Shown here: positions 36,532 through 44,958 of the stretch, one piece after another
How the letters are laid out: each line of letters starts with the position of its first letter
How positions within the stretch are numbered: the first letter of the stretch is position 1
DNA from: a virus
Lineage: Duplodnaviria; Caudoviricetes
Strand: one strand, 5' to 3'
DNA: 46,784 nucleotides
Virus record (IMG/VR): IMGVR_UViG_3300012231_000016
Location: 1-46,784 of that record
The notes under the pieces: model-generated
What the model saw: the letters and a program-made list of their open reading frames with translations, nothing else
What the model was told of the DNA's origin: nothing
The model's database searches: none
Program-made: the position numbers and the translations under genes

Positions 36532-37056
36532 ATGAAGGTCACCTTCGAGTCGAATCTTGGTGGCGCGCCTGAGGACATCCTTCGGGCTCTCAATGCCGCC
36601 AAGGCGGACTTCGCTCACCACGCAGTGGAGGAAGTCGCGACCGATGTGCGTGCGGACATCAGTCAGCGTCAACGTGATTGGCTCTTCGAGGGCGAGAAGG
36701 GGCTGCTCGAACAGAAGGCTCCGAAGAAGCTGCTCGAATCGATTCGCGCGTACCTGATCAAGCTCAACGTGACTGTGACGCACACGAGCACAGCCTCCGG
36801 ACTCTCCGTCGAAGTGGACGGCCGGCAGATGAGTGAGATTGGGTACCAGTACGAGACCCTCGCCCGCCTGCTTGAGTATGGCGGACAAGTCGTCGTGGGT
36901 GGCAAGACCTATCTGATCCCGCCGTATCCCCACTGGCGATCCATGGTAGTTGCAGCTCAGAAGTCCGTCGAGATTCGCGGACCCGCATGGCTGCAACGAT
37001 TCATCACAGAAGTCCAACGACGCCTCTCGGGAGCCATCCCTCTACGGCGTGAGTGA
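36532..37056 (+). CDS. putative tail-completion/neck-associated protein
   Basis: LARLLEYG......IPPYPHWR resembles the HK97 gp10-like EYG/PxxP motif. Confidence 0.55.
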   Translation: MKVTFESNLGGAPEDILRALNAAKADFAHHAVEEVATDVRADISQRQRDWLFEGEKGLLEQKAPKKLLESIRAYLIKLNVTVTHTSTASGLSVEVDGRQMSEIGYQYETLARLLEYGGQVVVGGKTYLIPPYPHWRSMVVAAQKSVEIRGPAWLQRFITEVQRRLSGAIPLRRE

Positions 37057-37077
37057 TTTCTGCTCGGAGACTCGCTC

Positions 37078-37614
37078 GTGAACATCATCTGCAACAACTT
37101 CCTGGCGGACGTGCAGGCCGGCACACCTGATCGGCCGAGCCTGCTGACGCCAGACGGGCGCACCTTCCACTGCATCGTCGATCGCTGGTGGAACCTGTTC
37201 TCGACGATGAAGCTGCGCCTCTACATGGTCGACCTGCCCGAGGTGCGCAAGGATTCACCGCCTGAGGTCGTCGAGTCGGCAGCACGTGCGACGAAGTGCC
37301 TGTCGCTGCTCCTGATCGGCGACTACTTCGAGCGTGATCCCCAGCCCAACCCGTTCAGCCTGCGCGGACGGTCGATCATCATCTCGCCGCTGCGCCCGAA
37401 CGACGACGGCAAGGCTGCGGTGCGCGCGTACGTGCAGGTCGCGAGGAACAGCATGCTCATGGGGCACCTGACCTCGTCCATCCGCCAGTTCAACTTCCTC
37501 AACGTAAACGCCTACATGACCTATCTCGGTGACTGTGGGTGGGATCTCGCCAAGGCGAAGGAGATCATCTCCTCCTGCGAGCCCATGGACGCGAGCTTCG
37601 TCCCGCGAAAGTGA
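37078..37614 (+). CDS. hypothetical protein
   Basis: GGAG RBS and GTG. Confidence 0.55.
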   Translation: MNIICNNFLADVQAGTPDRPSLLTPDGRTFHCIVDRWWNLFSTMKLRLYMVDLPEVRKDSPPEVVESAARATKCLSLLLIGDYFERDPQPNPFSLRGRSIIISPLRPNDDGKAAVRAYVQVARNSMLMGHLTSSIRQFNFLNVNAYMTYLGDCGWDLAKAKEIISSCEPMDASFVPRK

Positions 37615-37802
37615 GGTCCGTCTTGGAATCAACGCGCAGTCTCGCACGCAGGCTCTTCCTCGAAACGACGACCACGATGAGCGTGCCTGCGGGAGTGCAG
37701 ACGGCGCTCGGGCACATCCCATCGACGAGGAAGATCTGCAAGTGCCGCAAGTGCAAGGGCGCATGCCTTACGCGCTGCGCATGTAAGGGGCACAAGCGAT
37801 GA
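37611..37802 (+). CDS. small Cys-rich basic protein with N-terminal ESTRSLARRLFLE motif
   Basis: GTGA overlap with upstream stop and ATGA with downstream start; CKCRKCKGACLTRCAC. Confidence 0.5.
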   Translation: MRSVLESTRSLARRLFLETTTTMSVPAGVQTALGHIPSTRKICKCRKCKGACLTRCACKGHKR

Positions 37803-38548
37803 GCATCGTCCATGGTGAGGTCGATCTGACCGTCAACCAGATTTATTTGTACGACCAAGCCGTGCGGAAGTGGGTAGTCGCGCTCGTCAAGCGGACTGGC
37901 GGCCTGAATGATCTGAACGTCATCTTCGCAACTCCTGAGCGCGCATTCGCGAAGCTGAAGGACGTGCTGCAGAAGAAGTACGGCGACCGGGCTGAGCACC
38001 TGAAGAACATGCCCTATCCGTACGCGTCGATCTCACGACTTGGGTCGACCTTCTCTCCGGTGCGATACCAGGGCCGCGGCCTCTTCCGTGCCAACTCGAA
38101 CTCCGCCGACAACGAGCTTGCCTACACCGTCCAATGGCCACTGCCGTGGGACATGAACTACCAGATCGACTTCTGGGCACGCACGGTCGATACCGCGCAG
38201 ACGTTCCAGCAGTGGTTCGAGGCCGACACGACTCCGGAGGGAAACCTCCTCGTCGACCTCACCCCCGTCTGGCCTCCCTTCGGGAAGAAGATTGTCTTCA
38301 CGACTAACTCCGGCATCACGGACAACACGATCCTCGAACCAGAAGGAGAACAACGCGCTGTACGTCTGACCGCAACACTCACTGTCAAGTCCTGGATCCT
38401 GATGCCGCCCGTCCCCATCAGGACGGTGCATCGGATTCTTGTCGAGGCCTACAACGCCATCAACTCCACGGCGGCTGAAATCGATGCCGCGCCGTCCACG
38501 TACCCATCTCTGGGAACCGTGACGGTCAACGAGGATGGCTGGGTCTAG
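37799..38548 (+). CDS. tail terminator/sheath stabiliser (T4 gp15-like)
   Basis: VIFATPERAF, PYASISR, P.PWDMNYQIDFW; upstream of the sheath gene. Confidence 0.7.
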   Translation: MSIVHGEVDLTVNQIYLYDQAVRKWVVALVKRTGGLNDLNVIFATPERAFAKLKDVLQKKYGDRAEHLKNMPYPYASISRLGSTFSPVRYQGRGLFRANSNSADNELAYTVQWPLPWDMNYQIDFWARTVDTAQTFQQWFEADTTPEGNLLVDLTPVWPPFGKKIVFTTNSGITDNTILEPEGEQRAVRLTATLTVKSWILMPPVPIRTVHRILVEAYNAINSTAAEIDAAPSTYPSLGTVTVNEDGWV

Positions 38549-38559
38549 GAGATCTCCAC

Positions 38560-38760
38560 ATGCGTAGAGCGACCCTTGTGAATCTTCGCAAGAACGAAGC
38601 TCTCGTCATCGAGCTCAAGCTGGACGGAAAGATGATTCCGGTTCTCGTGACTCCGGGCATCAAGCAAACCGTCACCGCGGATAGCTTCCAATCGGTGCAG
38701 ATCGAGTCTCTCGTTGCGCGCGGCTGGCTCAAGATTGAAGAGCCGGCGAACGTCGCGTAG
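38560..38760 (+). CDS. small hypothetical protein preceding the sheath gene
   Basis: AGGAG RBS; 66 aa. Confidence 0.55.
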   Translation: MRRATLVNLRKNEALVIELKLDGKMIPVLVTPGIKQTVTADSFQSVQIESLVARGWLKIEEPANVA

Positions 38761-38827
38761 TCCGAATTCCGATCTGAACCATCTCTCCTCGCACAATCGT
38801 GCGAGTGACAATTCCTGAGGATGGTTC

Positions 38828-40381
38828 ATGCCTAACTCTCCGGGCGTATACCCACGTGAGATCGATCTGAGCCAGTACGCGGCTCGCTTCGCGTCTTCCG
38901 TGGTCGGCATGGTCGGACCTGCTACTCGCGGGCCGATGAACGAGGCAACGTACGTCACGAATCAAGAGCAGTTCGTCAGCACCTTCGGCGCCCCGATGAC
39001 GGGCGTCGGCGCCGTACCGTACGCGACGCATGCAGGGATTCAGTTCCTGCGCGAGGGCAGCCAGCTCTGGTTCGTTCGCATCGAGTCCGGCTCGAATGCC
39101 GCAGTCGCGTCCAGCGCCAACGTGCTCGACTCCAATGCAGGGGTCGTGTTCTCGGCGGCGGCCGCGACGGCTGGTACGTGGGGCAACTACACGACGAGCG
39201 GTACGTTCGTGGATGGCCTGCAGGTCACGATCACTGACCCGCTCGACTCCACGTACAACAGCACGCGCTTCCGTCTCATCGTCGTGTTCAAGGGTCAGCA
39301 GGTCGAGTCCTTCGACAATCTGACCTGGGCGTCTTCGTCGGACGCGAACTACTTCACCACGCGGGTCAACGGCGTCTCGCAGTACCTGACGCTGGCCGTG
39401 GGTGGAGCTTCGAACAAGCCGGCGAACACGACCTACAACCTGTCGGGCGGAACGAACGGAACGACCGGGCTTGCGGATGCCGACTACATCGGCACCGCGA
39501 CGAGCGTCGCTCGCACGGGCCTGCAGATCTTCGAAGACAAGGACCTCGCGGAGATCAACATCCTCGCGATTCCTGGTGCTTCGCGGACCGTCATGCAGGC
39601 AGGCGTCGCGATGGCTGAGCTGCGCCAGGACTGCATGATGCTCATCGACCCGCCTGTGGGCATGACGAGCGTCGCGGCGGTCCGCAACTGGGCCAACGGC
39701 ACGGACGGCAGCGGCAACTCCTTCAACTCCAGCTTCGCCGCCGTCTACTGGCCGTGGATTGAGTACTTCGACAACTACAGCGGCCAGTACGTGTGGACCC
39801 CTCCATCCGGCTGGATCGCTGGTGTAGTGGCGCTGACGGACAAGGTGGCGGAGCCGTGGTTCGCTCCGGCTGGGCTCGTTCGTGGCATCCTCAAGACGGC
39901 GAATCGCATTGAGTACAGCCCGACCTTCGGAGAGCGCGAGCTGCTCGCCAATCCTGGCGAGATCGTGAATCCGATCGTCAAGAAGGCCGGCTACGGCATC
40001 GTCGTCTGGGGTCAGCACACGGCCCAGCGGATCACCTCTGCGCTCGATCGCATCAACGTCCGGCGCATGCTGATCCTGGCCGAGAAGACGATCGCGAAGT
40101 CGATCGAGTTCCTCGTATTCGAGCCGAACGATCCGGTGACTTGGCGGCGCTTCACGAACATCGTGAATCCTGTCCTCGCCTCGATCCAGGCGCGTCGTGG
40201 TTTGGAGCAGTTCCAGGTCATCTGTGATGCGTCGACCAACACGAACCTTCTGCGCGATCAGAACACGATGCGCGGGATCCTGTTGCTGAAGCCGACGAAG
40301 ACCGCGGAAGTGATCAACCTCGACTTCGTGCTCACCAGCGCCGGTGCTTCGTTCAGCGAAGTGCTGTCGTCGGTGGCCTGA
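38828..40381 (+). CDS. contractile tail sheath protein
   Basis: SPGVYPREIDLS, GPATRGP, PPSG.IAG, PWFAPAG..RG, VWGQ.T, LDRINVRR, FEPND..TW. Confidence 0.95.
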   Translation: MPNSPGVYPREIDLSQYAARFASSVVGMVGPATRGPMNEATYVTNQEQFVSTFGAPMTGVGAVPYATHAGIQFLREGSQLWFVRIESGSNAAVASSANVLDSNAGVVFSAAAATAGTWGNYTTSGTFVDGLQVTITDPLDSTYNSTRFRLIVVFKGQQVESFDNLTWASSSDANYFTTRVNGVSQYLTLAVGGASNKPANTTYNLSGGTNGTTGLADADYIGTATSVARTGLQIFEDKDLAEINILAIPGASRTVMQAGVAMAELRQDCMMLIDPPVGMTSVAAVRNWANGTDGSGNSFNSSFAAVYWPWIEYFDNYSGQYVWTPPSGWIAGVVALTDKVAEPWFAPAGLVRGILKTANRIEYSPTFGERELLANPGEIVNPIVKKAGYGIVVWGQHTAQRITSALDRINVRRMLILAEKTIAKSIEFLVFEPNDPVTWRRFTNIVNPVLASIQARRGLEQFQVICDASTNTNLLRDQNTMRGILLLKPTKTAEVINLDFVLTSAGASFSEVLSSVA

Positions 40382-40393
40382 TAGGAGATCACG

Positions 40394-40948
40394 ATGGCAC
40401 TTCCGACTACTGCAGACTTCCTCGCACAGGCTCGTGGCCTGTTCGAGCCGCAGCGCAAGTACAACTTCGCGGTGGAGTTCTTCCTCGTCAATCAGAAGGA
40501 CCAGGAGAACATCACCCTGGCCGTCGAGACGTTCCAGCTGCCCAGCGAGAAGAGCGAAGTGATCTCGCTGCACTACGGGAACGTCGTCCGCTACGTCGCA
40601 GGCAAGACCTCCTTCGCCCCGCGTCAGTTGGTGCTGAAGGACTTCGTCAGCGTCGGTACCGCCAACGCGCTCGTCAAGTGGCGCCAGAAGGTGTACCAGC
40701 CGCTGACCGACGCGATGGGCTTCGCAATGGACTACAAGACGATGGGCACCGTCGTGCTCGTCGGTCCCGATGGTACCCATGAGCGGTACTGGGATCTGAT
40801 CGGGTGCTGGCCGGCCGAAGTCAGCTACGGCGACCTCAGCCAGTCCGACGTTATGGGCACCGTGCAGATCACCGTGTCGATGATCGTCGACAAGGCGATT
40901 CCGCGCGTCGTCCCGCAGCTGAGCGTGAACATCGCGCTCCCGACCTGA
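40394..40948 (+). CDS. tail tube protein (T4 gp19-like)
   Basis: FEPQRKYNF, YVAGK, DYK, W.LIGCWP..V.YGDL; follows the sheath gene. Confidence 0.85.
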   Translation: MALPTTADFLAQARGLFEPQRKYNFAVEFFLVNQKDQENITLAVETFQLPSEKSEVISLHYGNVVRYVAGKTSFAPRQLVLKDFVSVGTANALVKWRQKVYQPLTDAMGFAMDYKTMGTVVLVGPDGTHERYWDLIGCWPAEVSYGDLSQSDVMGTVQITVSMIVDKAIPRVVPQLSVNIALPT

Positions 40949-40968
40949 TCTCGTTCTGAAGTAATGCC

Positions 40969-41056
40969 AGTGGGGCGGGGGTGGTACTTCCAGCATCACT
41001 CCTCCTAACTCTTTCCTCCTGCTGCTGGGGGATCGCTGCCCTCGCCCCACTTTTTC
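40969..41056 (+). terminator. intrinsic terminator with long pyrimidine-rich loop
   Basis: AGTGGGGCGGGG...CCAGCA / TGCTGG...CCCTCGCCCCACT stem followed by a T-run. Confidence 0.65.
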
Positions 41057-41115
41057 TCGCTCACATCTCGTGTTGGGTACATCCCAGCACGAGCTCTGCA
41101 CTCCATGAGGAAACC

Positions 41116-41934
41116 ATGCTCCCCAACTCTCAGCCCGTCGACAAGTTCGCCGGCCGCAAGCTGGTTCGCGAGATCCAGCTGCCATCTCGTGGCCTGCTGT
41201 ACAACGACGCGATCCGCCAGACGAACGGCAAGATCCGCGTTGCAGCACTCACGACTTTGGAGGAGAAGATCTTCTCCGGGTCTGGCAACACGCCCGAGTC
41301 GAAGCTCGACATGGTGTTCGATCGCTGTGTCGATTGCGGCGACTTCCCTCCCCGCGACATGATTCTCGGGGACCGCATGTTCTGTCTGATGCACATCCGT
41401 TCCCTCTCCTATGGCGACAAGTACAGCTTCCCGTTCTCATGCGTGCGCTGCGGTCAGCAAGCCACTCAGGAGCTCGATCTCCTGAAGGACATTCCGCTGA
41501 CGGTGGCCGATGAGAACTTCCGGGAGCCGTACGAGGTCACGCTGCCAGTCTCCGGCAGCGTCGTCGGGCTCAAGTACTTCCGCGGCTCCGACGAATCGAA
41601 GGTCGCCAGCTACACCGAAAAGAACTCCCGACAAGGTCGCATCGATCTGACGTTGGGGGACATCTCTTACGTGTACCGACTTGCTCGGCACATCGTGACG
41701 GTCGACGGCAAGCAGCTGCCCTTCGAGGCAGACACGCTGAAGTTCGTGGAGCGCCTGGAAGGTCCAGACTCCATCGAGTTCCGCTCCGCCGTCGAGTCCC
41801 ACTTCATCGGGTTCGCCATGACGGTCGCGATCGCCTGCAAGTTCTGCGGGTTCGTTCACGACGATGTGGGGGTCCCGATGACGGGAGAGTTCTTTCGTCC
41901 CAAGCCCACCCGGCATCTACCAAAGCATCCTTGA
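41116..41934 (+). CDS. baseplate hub/tail assembly chaperone (T4 gp26-like)
   Basis: LPSRGLLY, T..EEKI, GDR...L..IR..SYG..Y, CxxC, LPVSG, CxxC, C-terminal FFRP. Confidence 0.75.
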   Translation: MLPNSQPVDKFAGRKLVREIQLPSRGLLYNDAIRQTNGKIRVAALTTLEEKIFSGSGNTPESKLDMVFDRCVDCGDFPPRDMILGDRMFCLMHIRSLSYGDKYSFPFSCVRCGQQATQELDLLKDIPLTVADENFREPYEVTLPVSGSVVGLKYFRGSDESKVASYTEKNSRQGRIDLTLGDISYVYRLARHIVTVDGKQLPFEADTLKFVERLEGPDSIEFRSAVESHFIGFAMTVAIACKFCGFVHDDVGVPMTGEFFRPKPTRHLPKHP

Positions 41935-42097
41935 GGACGAGCACTCGCTCGTCTACATCGGCGGCTTTGATCACGGGTCCGTCGAGCGGCTTTGTCCAGG
42001 AGAGCGGAAATGGCACGTCGAGCGTCTGCTCAAGCGCCTCGCGGGCGAGAAGGAAGCCATCGAGCAGCAGCGTCAGCGGGCCACGCAGGGCCGCTGA
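41894..42097 (+). CDS. start-less +1-frame extension of the chaperone (gp51-like/GT-type), not in ORF track
   Basis: FVPSPPGIYQSILEDEHSLVYIGGFDHGSVERLCPGERKWHVERLLKRLAGEKEAIEQQRQRATQGR; no ATG/GTG/TTG after the upstream in-frame TGA. Confidence 0.6.
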   Translation, partial: FVPSPPGIYQSILEDEHSLVYIGGFDHGSVERLCPGERKWHVERLLKRLAGEKEAIEQQRQRATQGR

Positions 42098-42182
42098 GCG
42101 GCGCCGCTCCGGCCTTCCGGTCGTCCAGCCCCAATCGCCCCGCCTGAGTCAACGTGGCCCCAGGCGTTGGGCGGATTCCGAA

Positions 42183-42401
42183 CTACAGCACGGCAAAGAC
42201 GAGCGCGCCGAAGAGGAGGGTCCATCCGACCCGCTTCAGGGCCCGCAGGTTCGTCAGGATCGACAGCACGAGGACCTCGTAGATCGAGGCGAGGACCACG
42301 CACTCGCGCACGAACGCAGGCATCGGCGTCCAGGCGATCAGCCACATCCAGACCCACAGCAGGCCTTCGGGGATGTGCGCGATCCAGTCGTAAATCGTCA
42401 T
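42183..42401 (-). CDS. small membrane protein on the opposite strand (moron-like)
   Basis: GAGGAG RBS on the minus strand and ATG at 42401; 72 aa, highly hydrophobic. Confidence 0.55.
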   Translation of the reverse strand: MTIYDWIAHIPEGLLWVWMWLIAWTPMPAFVRECVVLASIYEVLVLSILTNLRALKRVGWTLLFGALVFAVL

Positions 42402-42483
42402 GGCGGACTCCTCGTGCCCTCCTTGCGCATGAGTGTACTCACGAATTCCGTGCTTGCAAGACCCTCTCCCGTTGGATGCTCCA

Positions 42484-44562
42484 ATGGCTCTTTCGCACCA
42501 ACTGCAGATGAACTTCAAGATCGAATACTCCGGGCATCAGGCGTTCACGGACTTTGCGAACGATGCCAAGTACTCGGAGACGGTGGGAAAGTCGCTGACG
42601 AAGACGATGCGTGAGGCGGCGTCGGCGGAAGAGGAGCTCGGGAAGCGGGCCGAAGAGGCTGGCGGGAAGATGCGGAAGGCGGCGGAGGGTTCGGGTGCTT
42701 GGAAGTCGTTCACCGGCGGCGTATTCAGCGGTGGACTCAACTCGCTCGGCCCGCTCGGCGCGCTGTTCACTTCGACGAGCTCGCTCGGTTGGGCAGGTCT
42801 CGGCGCGCTGATCGGTGATGCGATCGGAGACACGGTCCGCTACCAGCACGCACTCGTGCAGGTGACGATGGAGTCGGAGCGCGCGGCTGGCAAGTCGAAG
42901 GAGCTCTACAACGAGATCCTCAGCTCTGCGCAAGCCCTGCGCATCAACGGCATCGAGGCTGCGAACCTCTTCCAGATCGCGGAGCAGTTCAAGGTCCAGA
43001 AGGACCGCGTCGTCGAGTTCGTGACTGCAACGGAGATGATGGAATCGACGCTGCGCCTCAGCCACGAAGAGGCAGCCGCGTTCAACTACGAGCTCACGCG
43101 TCTCCCAGGCTTCACCGGCCCACTCGCTGCAGTGGGTAGCACGATGAAGAGTCTGACTGAGAACTTCCGCGTGTCGTCGCAGCAGCTCGTCGCAGGTGTG
43201 ACCGGATCGGAAAGCCTCCTGTTCGAGGTGCTGCCGCAGTTCCGCACGAAGGCGGTGGCTGAGCTGCAAGCCGCGACGGCGCAATGGTCGGATCTCGGCG
43301 CGCCCGACAAGATGATGAACGAGATCATGCTCGCGCTGTCCCAGTTCAAGTGGGATCCGAAGAAGAACATCCTCGCGATGGCTGGACTCAGCCCCGAGGC
43401 AGCGCGCGCGATGATCCAGCGCGGTGAGTTCATTCAGCTGTCGCAGCTGGTCGTTGACGCGCTGCGCACGGATGTGAAGCGCATCGACGTGGCCGGACGC
43501 CAGGAGATCGCCGCCTCGCTGCTCGGAATCGATGCGAGCTCGATGCTGCGCATCGTCATGCGGGCGGAGACGGCGGGCACCGATGTCGGCAAGAAGCTGC
43601 GTGAGGCCGCCGACAAGCCGACGGACTACATGGAGAAGCGGTGGGAGGACACGTTCCAGTCCATCCAGCGCAGCTCACAGGCGCTCGCAGATGCACTGAG
43701 CAACTCCGAGGTCGCCGCGTTGGGTCCGATGGTCTTGGGTACCGCGGACGCGCTGCGGAAGCTCTCCGAGTCGGTCTCTCAACTGAATTCGATTGCGGTT
43801 GCAGGCGGTCCTCTGGCGACCACGGGATTGGCCACGCTCCTCGCGGGCGCTGGGATCTCCGGGGCTGGCACCCTGCTCGGGGCAGCCATTGCCGGCGGGC
43901 CTCTTGCGGCCGCGCTCGTGGGTATCGGCGCAGGTGCTGCGATTGCAGTTGGCGGACTCTTCGCGCTCGATCAGCGGGAGCAGCAAGCCTTCCGCAAGCA
44001 GCACGATCAGCGCATGTCCAGGGCCCACATGCTCGACGAGGCGGCAGCCACCGAGGCACTCAGCGAGATGCCAGGAGGCCCGATCCGCTACGACCAGCTC
44101 ATCAAGAACGTCTTGGCAGGTCGTTCTCGTTCGGAGCTCACTGCGGATGACATGGACTCCGTCAACGCCGCGATGGCGGATGTGTACCGCGAGTGGAAGG
44201 AAAAGCACGCGCACGCGTTGTGGAAGGAGCAGCAGCCGAGTGTCGACATCGGCAACATGGAGCCGATGCGCACGCAGGAGCACATCGAAGGTCACGGCGA
44301 CGGCGCTCTCGTCCTTCCGAAGAACAACGGTGTGTACCTGAACAAGCCGGTCGCGGAGCGCGGGGAACCAGAGGCGATCATGCCGCTGTCCCGCCTCAGC
44401 GATTACGGATTCGATGACGAGAACGTCAAGAAGATCGTCGGTGCTCTGTGGGATCTCGGCGAGAAGCTCATTCTCAATCTCAAGCCGAAGCCGGCGACGT
44501 TCATTCCACGTTCGACTGGGCTCGCAGACTCGGATCGTGCCACCCTACGCTATCGGAGTTGA
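42484..44562 (+). CDS. tape measure protein
   Basis: Ala/Gly-rich and helical, with hydrophobic segments; C-terminal GHGDGALV...AERGEPEAIMPLSRL; position after the chaperone. Confidence 0.8.
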   Translation: MALSHQLQMNFKIEYSGHQAFTDFANDAKYSETVGKSLTKTMREAASAEEELGKRAEEAGGKMRKAAEGSGAWKSFTGGVFSGGLNSLGPLGALFTSTSSLGWAGLGALIGDAIGDTVRYQHALVQVTMESERAAGKSKELYNEILSSAQALRINGIEAANLFQIAEQFKVQKDRVVEFVTATEMMESTLRLSHEEAAAFNYELTRLPGFTGPLAAVGSTMKSLTENFRVSSQQLVAGVTGSESLLFEVLPQFRTKAVAELQAATAQWSDLGAPDKMMNEIMLALSQFKWDPKKNILAMAGLSPEAARAMIQRGEFIQLSQLVVDALRTDVKRIDVAGRQEIAASLLGIDASSMLRIVMRAETAGTDVGKKLREAADKPTDYMEKRWEDTFQSIQRSSQALADALSNSEVAALGPMVLGTADALRKLSESVSQLNSIAVAGGPLATTGLATLLAGAGISGAGTLLGAAIAGGPLAAALVGIGAGAAIAVGGLFALDQREQQAFRKQHDQRMSRAHMLDEAAATEALSEMPGGPIRYDQLIKNVLAGRSRSELTADDMDSVNAAMADVYREWKEKHAHALWKEQQPSVDIGNMEPMRTQEHIEGHGDGALVLPKNNGVYLNKPVAERGEPEAIMPLSRLSDYGFDDENVKKIVGALWDLGEKLILNLKPKPATFIPRSTGLADSDRATLRYRS

Positions 44563-44565
44563 GCC

Positions 44566-44949
44566 ATGGCCAAGGAGATTCGTCTCAAGCCGCACAGCTA
44601 TCTCGTCGGCACGCCGCTCTTCCAGCTGCGTGATTCGGATACCGGACGACCGAGCGGTACGTACGCGTGGGGCTCGGTGGTCTTTCCGGAGTTCGAGCCT
44701 GATCCTTCCGACGACGTGTACGTCACGACCGAGACCGACATCGGCCGCCTCGACCTCGTGGCTTATCGCTTCTACGGCGACATCAACCTCTGGTGGGTGA
44801 TCGCGCACTCGAACGACATCCTCGATCAGTTCAGCGACTCGACGGACGGTGGTCTGCCGGCCGGCACGAGGCTGCGCATTCCCAAGCGGGAGCGCGTGCT
44901 GTCTCTCCTACAGCAGGGATCGAGCACGGCCACCTCCGCCACCGAATGA
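44566..44949 (+). CDS. baseplate wedge protein (LysM-like, T4 gp53-like)
   Basis: RLDLVAYRFYGDINLWWVIAHSN....G..LRIP. Confidence 0.85.
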   Translation: MAKEIRLKPHSYLVGTPLFQLRDSDTGRPSGTYAWGSVVFPEFEPDPSDDVYVTTETDIGRLDLVAYRFYGDINLWWVIAHSNDILDQFSDSTDGGLPAGTRLRIPKRERVLSLLQQGSSTATSATE

Positions 44950-44958
44950 GGTGTACTC

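Noticed and set aside
38729-41248. Long minus-strand ORFs (also 20277-22259, 23144-24343, 44908-46713)
   Set aside because: Antisense shadows of GC3-biased genes with clear + strand function; no recognisable motifs
41931-42614. 227-aa + strand ORF from the track
   Set aside because: Low-complexity Arg/Ser shadow translation; the start-less frame 41894-42097 and the minus-strand gene explain the region better
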